This document shows, one piece after another, positions 58,043 through 64,000 of a stretch of 64,000 nucleotides of DNA. The stretch comes from Selaginella moellendorffii (lineage: Eukaryota > Plantae > Lycopodiophyta). The notes under the pieces were generated by a model. The model was not told the origin of the DNA and made no database searches. It saw nothing but the letters and a program-made list of their open reading frames with translations. Location: positions 1,830,213-1,894,212 of the forward strand of contig NW_003314274.1 of assembly GCF_000143415.4 (NCBI RefSeq). The letters are read 5' to 3'. Each line of letters begins with the position of its first letter. Within the stretch, counting starts at the first letter, position 1. Both the position numbers and the translations under genes were made by a program.

Positions 58043-61000
58043 ACAATTTTCTGGCGGCGATCATCGCAACCGTGAGACATCTCTACGCTCATCACAGCCG
58101 TCTATTTAGATCTTACAAACAACAAAGGGTCAAACTGTTCTAGGGCACCAGAGAAACAGCCTGTTTAAAGGCAATTAAAGGCAATCCTATAATTGCCTTT
58201 ATAGGATTCGAGGCCAATTATTCTTAAGCATATGAAGGCGCAGGATTAGCCCTTTCCAGTGGGCGAAGAATATGATAGCTACGGTCACACCTCTTGAGTT
58301 CGTCTCCTATGATTCCCGCATCAAAGTCAACCCGTTGACCAAGCTCTTTGTCATGCTTGACGAGCCTGATGTGAAGCCTGGCACGTCATGGCTGGGTCTC
58401 GGATCGTCTACCTTTTCTTGTCCAAAGGGGAGTTGCCAATCGAGGACAAAGGGTATTCTCTTAACGTGGAAGGCGTGTAATGTATAATCCATTGCACGTC
58501 CAGGTTACAAGTCCCAGGATTGTGCTTGCCGAAGGTGGGCTGTATGTTCTCATGTACTTCTGTGGTCCTGGTAGTAGTGTCATGATGGTGTATGACATTG
58601 ACAAATGCTATTGCTTCTGTCAAAAACTTTAGATAAACTAAGGAATAAATAGAAATCAATTTACTAGTTTGGAATGGTACTGAATAGAGGATAGTACACA
58701 GATAAAGTTATCGATTAATCAATCAGGGAGTATTGAAATAAAGCCAAGACCTTAATACAGCTTTCCAGTAGTGGTGACCTTTCCTCTGAATAGAGCAATA
58801 GTAAGAGAATTCTAGAACTAGAGCTCTAAAACGTGCATAGGCCTAGATGTTAAACACGTCAAATGAAGATCATAAGTATATTTTAGAATATTTTTCAATC
58901 CAACGGTTGTGATTTTCTGTTCTTAAACTTTTCTCTCACGTTTTTTATCACTAATGTTTAAATTAATAAAAAACAGTAAGATAGCAAAGTCTTGTGAAAG
59001 ATAGTTTAATGGTGGTTCAACTCATAAACATTGCAGTTTTAGCACTACAGAATCTTTGCTTCATGACTTCTAGAGGCTGTGATGCTTCTGGAAGTCGGGG
59101 TTCATGGCTTGTATGGCTTGGTGCACCCCTAGCATCAGGTTGGCTGCGGAAGCCTCACAGTTTGATCACATTGGCTCGCTCAAGGATCACTTCCGCAGTC
59201 TTACTCCTGCACTAGCTTCATCTTCGAAGTTATTAATTTGTGTGGATGTTTTAGAAGTTGCCAAAGATCCTGGAGTCATTGAGGTTTGTGGTCCCAACTA
59301 AGGATGTGTATGGCTTGGTTTAGGTTTTTCCTCCCTTCTTATATTTTCTTTTTTATTTTTATCATTCTCTTTATTATTATGGCTAGATTGAAATATATAA
59401 ATCATGTCAAGATAGTATTCTTACTTTTTCTGATCTTATTGTGAGAACTAATAATATACTAGAACAATATTTAATTTATAGTAATGAAGTGTCATCCCTA
59501 GGTGGCATGCAAATCCAAATAAGCAAATGAGGCCCACCCTAAATAAAGGGGGGTTCTGAATTGTGCATTCTACCCCTCCATTCGTCAATTTTTCATGGAT
59601 TCCAAACTTTCTTATGGTGCTCCAGATCCTTCATCATCGTTGTCAAAACCTGGGAGGAGGATAACAAACATATGACAAGAAGATGTATGACAAGAAGATG
59701 TGCAAGTACCAATCTAACTTAGGAAATGGTTGCCGCAGATTATACAACTCAAGGTCCAGTGCAACCACTCACATAGCAGTGTAAAGAATTTCAAACATAA
59801 AAAAAATGCCAAGGTTAGGTTAAAAATCATTAAGAAAAACCTGATACTTCTGCTTAAAATGTTGATCATAAATATTAGAATCCCAGGTAGTTAGAGCACC
59901 TTGTCCTCAGCTTTAGTAGTCTTCGTTCTTTAGCTTCATCCTTCAGCCAGACATAGATTCACTCTTCTGATCACTTGGGAATGTATAGGTTCTTCCTTGC
60001 TCTTTGTTTTTTCTTCACTCACATGCCTTGTGTTTTACAAGCTCACTCAAGCATTCATGATTGCATGCATCTTGGATTGTTGTGAGCTTCATAGCTGATC
60101 CTGCTAGATGGCAAGTCTCCCATTACTGAAGGAGTCAATATTAATCTAAGTATACACTCTTATTAATGGTCTACATTCCAATTTCAATGATTTAGATTGA
60201 TATCAGGCTATTATTTCATTCCTTAAGGTGCTAATAATTATTATTATGTTAAAAATATTTTAAAATATATCAAACTTATAGATATAATTGACTATATTTA
60301 ACTCTATATAAATGGATGTGGATATAATTATTTTTAGTTTTTTAAATAATATAATTATTAGAGTTTTATATAATAAAATTATAATTAATAATAATTAATA
60401 TAGAGCTATCATATTAAGAAAAAATATTATCCATTGATTTATCTAGTCCATTTATTTAGAGAATTATAGCCATTTTATTATTTTAAAAATATTTAAAGAT
60501 AATTTTTGTTCATAGGTTAAATTTTATATATTTATATATTTATGGATATATATCTATATATTTTAGACCATTTCCCAATTTTTTTTCTTTAGTTACTTAC
60601 ATAGATGCCCATTCATATATGTAGTAGATTTGAAATAGAATCCTAAAATATTCTTTATATTTCCTTATACTATATATATATATAGCATGAAGTACACCTC
60701 AAACCTTTGGTTATGGGTAAATTGCTTTTCAATGCTCAATATTAAAAGGGGGTTGACGTCATGTATTCATTATTTTTTATATATTTATAGAGAGTGTATT
60801 CACTACTATTGGCTATGATATGAATTAAACCTGGAACTTAAGAGCTACTATACAAATAGATGGGCATGAACCTATATAGAGATTAGGTTTTTAGATTTTT
60901 ATGGTCCAACCTATTAGATTAATTGACTATAGTTAAGCCCTTAATTTTAAATTGGACAAATTTAAAGAGTTTACACAAAAAGTGTAACATATATTATCTT

Positions 61001-62740
61001 GTAGTTAACCGAAATAGTGGCAGTTGCTTTTAGTGGATGTATCAATATATATAATTTCAATTTTAGAGGTAGAAATATACCTTGCTTAATGTTATATTAT
61101 ATTTTAAGTAGCTATTAATAAATGGGAATCAAACCCATGTTATTTTCTCTAATACTATATATAGTGTATAATGCACTTTATTTTTTTCTTCTTAAGCCAA
61201 CTAGAAAAGGGGCAATTGATTGATGAAACAACTTTAAGTGGTTATTTTATCCTCATTTTCCTCTAATGTATCAAAGATCAATGATAATAGTATATTCGAA
61301 TCTCATCCCATAATTAAAGGTTTTAAACTAATATAAGTATGTATATTTTTGTATTCCTATATTGATGGAGATGAGGGACACCTTTAACAGTCTTTGAGAA
61401 GCATTTGCATTTGTATGCATGTCTTGGGATTCCTATCAAAAAATTTACTAAATGAGAGGTTTGGTAATAGGACCAAAAAAAGTTAAATCAACTATCAATT
61501 GGGTACATAGCATTAAATAATTATAATAATTGTTACTTTATAGAAAAAAGGAGGATGCTACTACAAAAGAGGAGTCTATTATCAATCATGAATGCCAAAG
61601 AAGATAAAGAAGAGAAAAAATAGCTTATATGCTATCATTTTGGGAATCAAAATATTGCAAGGTATCTTAGTTATCTCCATAATAATAATGATCTAAAGAA
61701 TAAATTTGAAAAACAAAAAGAGTAAAGAAAAATAAAACACAAAAAATGTGACTGAAAGGGTTTAAAGATAAGGCTTCTTTTCCAATCTTGGGATGGTGAA
61801 TATACTATTTATAAATACAAATAAATAGTGAATACATGATATCATCCCCTCTTTAATACCGAGCACTGAGTGGCAACTGAAGTGGTGTAGGAAAAATGTT
61901 AAATGAATAAATACTGAACACTAAGTGGCAATTGAAATGGTGTAGGACTAGGTTTAGATAAATGAAATTCACAACCAATTTAGAAGCATCAAAAGTAAAC
62001 TTTCAACTGGCGTAGGATTAAGCTTGAGTAGATATCACCAATAGTAATTTACAACCAACTTGGATGCATGAAAAACAAACTCTCAAATACAATTGCTAAA
62101 AACATACCCAAGATAGTCCACTTTTATTCATTTACATGATACCATAGTTCAACTTAACATATAGTTTATTCATCCAAAGGGTATTTAGCCACATGTAAAG
62201 TTTCAAAATTATTTTCCAAAGTTATAGTAGAAAATGTTAATATAATAGTTTAAACTAGCAACAAAGTTAATAATTCTAGTGGTTGGGTGAGCCTTGTAGG
62301 AAAAAGGCATTTGGAAGTGGCTTCTATCCCATTCCAAACATTGATAATCTGTTATCATTAATAATTAACTATCTTTTCTTTTATACTATAATAAAGATTA
62401 TATAATTGGCTGTTTTTGGGAACTCATAATCCATTCTAGTTATAAACCAAATAATGAATATTTTTTTTAATTTTTCCATTCACCACCTCCAAGTAATGCA
62501 TCCCTTTGTGAGACATAAATCCTTAAGCCCCAAAGTGGAGTTGAGAGGGTGCCATATGATAGTGGCCGAAGTGGAAGCCAAATGAGCAAAACATATTTAG
62601 ACTAAAAGATTTAACTTGAAAAGTCAAAAGTAGAAGTGAAACTCCCAATGAAGTGCTTGAGAAATGAGTATGAAGCAATCAATAAATGAACTTCCAGAAA
62701 AAAGGACATAAGAGGACCAATATATAACATGTGAAAGTGT

Positions 62741-62840
62741 NNNNNNNNNNNNNNNNNNNNNNNNNNNNNNNNNNNNNNNNNNNNNNNNNNNNNNNNNNNN
62801 NNNNNNNNNNNNNNNNNNNNNNNNNNNNNNNNNNNNNNNN
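62741..62840. other. Assembly gap
   Basis: Run of 100 N. Confidence 1.
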
Positions 62841-63120
62841 GAAAGAGTTTGAGATGGCTTCCGAGTTGGAGTCTAAGAAGGAGTTCGAGATGGAGTCCAA
62901 GGAGGAGTTTGAAATGGAGTCCGAGGTCTAATCTAAGATGGGAACCAAGACCAGATCCGAGATCAAGGCCAAGACCAAGACCGAGATTGAGACCAAGACT
63001 GAGACCAAAATTGAGATTGAGACCGAGACCAAGATTGAGACTAAATCTAAATCCGAATTTGAATCCAAGTCCAAATTTGAGTTTGAGTCTGAATCTGAGT
63101 TTGAATCCGACTCCAAGGGT
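62841..63120. repeat. Degenerate 6-bp, 12-bp and 24-bp tandem repeats
   Basis: GAGACC/AAGACC/GAGATT hexamers and gagtt(t/c)ga(g/a)atgg units next to the gap. Confidence 0.8.
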
Positions 63121-63179
63121 GAAAGCCCAAAATGATGTCTCATAGACCCTAGGAGGTTTGGTGAGCTCTAAAAGGATAG

Positions 63180-64000
63180 TAGGGGGAGGACTCTAGTGGA
63201 ACCAATTTGGTTAGGGAAAGCTAATATGACCAAGGAAGTTATACCCATGTGGTGGGTGATGATATAACCATTGAGGAGTTTAAGGTTAAAGTGAACATAG
63301 ACAAACAAATAAAATAACTTAGTAAAATGTTCAAAAGCCAACTTTAGCTCCCTTGGGAGATCAAATGGTCAATACTCCCAATCGAAGTGTGGGTGGCATT
63401 ATTTACTGGGATATCTAGCATGGCTCATTAGAACCTTGCTCTAGCCACATAGTTAGGGCACCTAAAGGTGGAAGGTGGGGAGAGTACCCATGAAGTTTGC
63501 ATAGGGCTATGGTATTTCAAAATATCATCCCAAAATTTTAGACTATGGAAAGGAAGAGGAGCAATCCTCTTGCATAGTGACCAAGGGCTTGGTCATGTGG
63601 TGAGGAAGTCCCAAAGGTCAATAGGACTTAGTGGTTGGGCCTTCAAGCCTTGACTTAGTGGCGGTGTTAATAAGCACTACCATGGACAAAATAGAATTTA
63701 GAGAGGACTAATGGAGGGATATTAAGGAAAGGTGTTCCCTATGTCTTCGGGCATCCTAAGGGTGCTAGGGTGTAGTCAAAGGATGACAATTCATAGACGG
63801 ATGGCCCAATCTTTGAGAGACAAGTCTGTGGTATGGGTGGTCTTGGACTACCAATGAAACAAAGGTGAATGGACATAGCCTTAGTGTAATAAGTTGATAT
63901 GTTAATTGTATCATTGACTGTCTGTGTCGGGATCAGACACATGGAGTACTTGATCAATGCAAAGGCTAAGTGGCATAGATGCCATTTACGGGGCTGTCAA
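63180..64000 (-). mobile_element. Repeat-family member, possibly non-LTR retroelement C-terminal region
   Basis: Homologous to 1330-1850. The minus frame reads FWDDILKYHSP...SIDHLISQGS*SW with stops, loosely resembling the L1 zf-RVT region. Confidence 0.4.

Noticed and set aside
61860-62090. Spaced direct repeats (agtggcaa.tgaa.tggtgtagga; acaaccaa.tt.ga.gcat.aaaa) resembling a CRISPR-like array
   Set aside because: Only 2-3 degenerate copies in eukaryotic repeat debris with no cas genes; ordinary local duplication is more likely.
63210-63540. Ty3/gypsy RT motifs DDIL and FLGHIS on the minus strand
   Set aside because: They are in different frames and about 100 codons apart, too far for RT.
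1-64000. tRNA, rRNA or snoRNA genes
   Set aside because: None was recognised by eye. tRNAscan-SE or Infernal would be needed to exclude them.

Overview
Eukaryotic, land-plant nuclear DNA. Very short introns (about 50-90 nt), tiny intergenic spacers and a PPR protein built from tandem short motifs suggest the lycophyte Selaginella; this is an inference, not a database match. A gene-dense core (about 6.2-49 kb) holds about 19 intact genes: TBC RabGAP, phosphatidylserine synthase, a PLS-class PPR protein (preceded by a truncated PPR ORF), WRNIP1/MgsA, a TMEM87-like 7TM protein, an uncharacterised coiled-coil protein, an RRM/RanBP2-finger protein, MNS4, a GDSL lipase, a GH31 glucosidase, MsrA, a Raf-like kinase, BPM, SP1, a PUB E3 ligase, HY5, an O-fucosyltransferase-family gene and BLISTER. 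CDC20 lies isolated at 56-58 kb. The flanks are AT-shifted debris: a decayed hAT transposon with TIRs, a decayed Helitron, LINE-like relics and gene fragments (Sec23, kinase, GH95), plus a 100-N gap. The best lead is the orphan gene at 18.5-20.1 kb, which combines clustered MSA promoter cores, a D-box, CDK sites, a coiled coil and a basic tail, so it is a candidate undescribed mitotic protein. Other leads are an alternative first coding exon in the RabGAP, a candidate poison exon in the RNA-binding protein gene, a CesA-like stretch in HY5 and a gene-fragment mosaic next to the Helitron. All exon models were read by eye.
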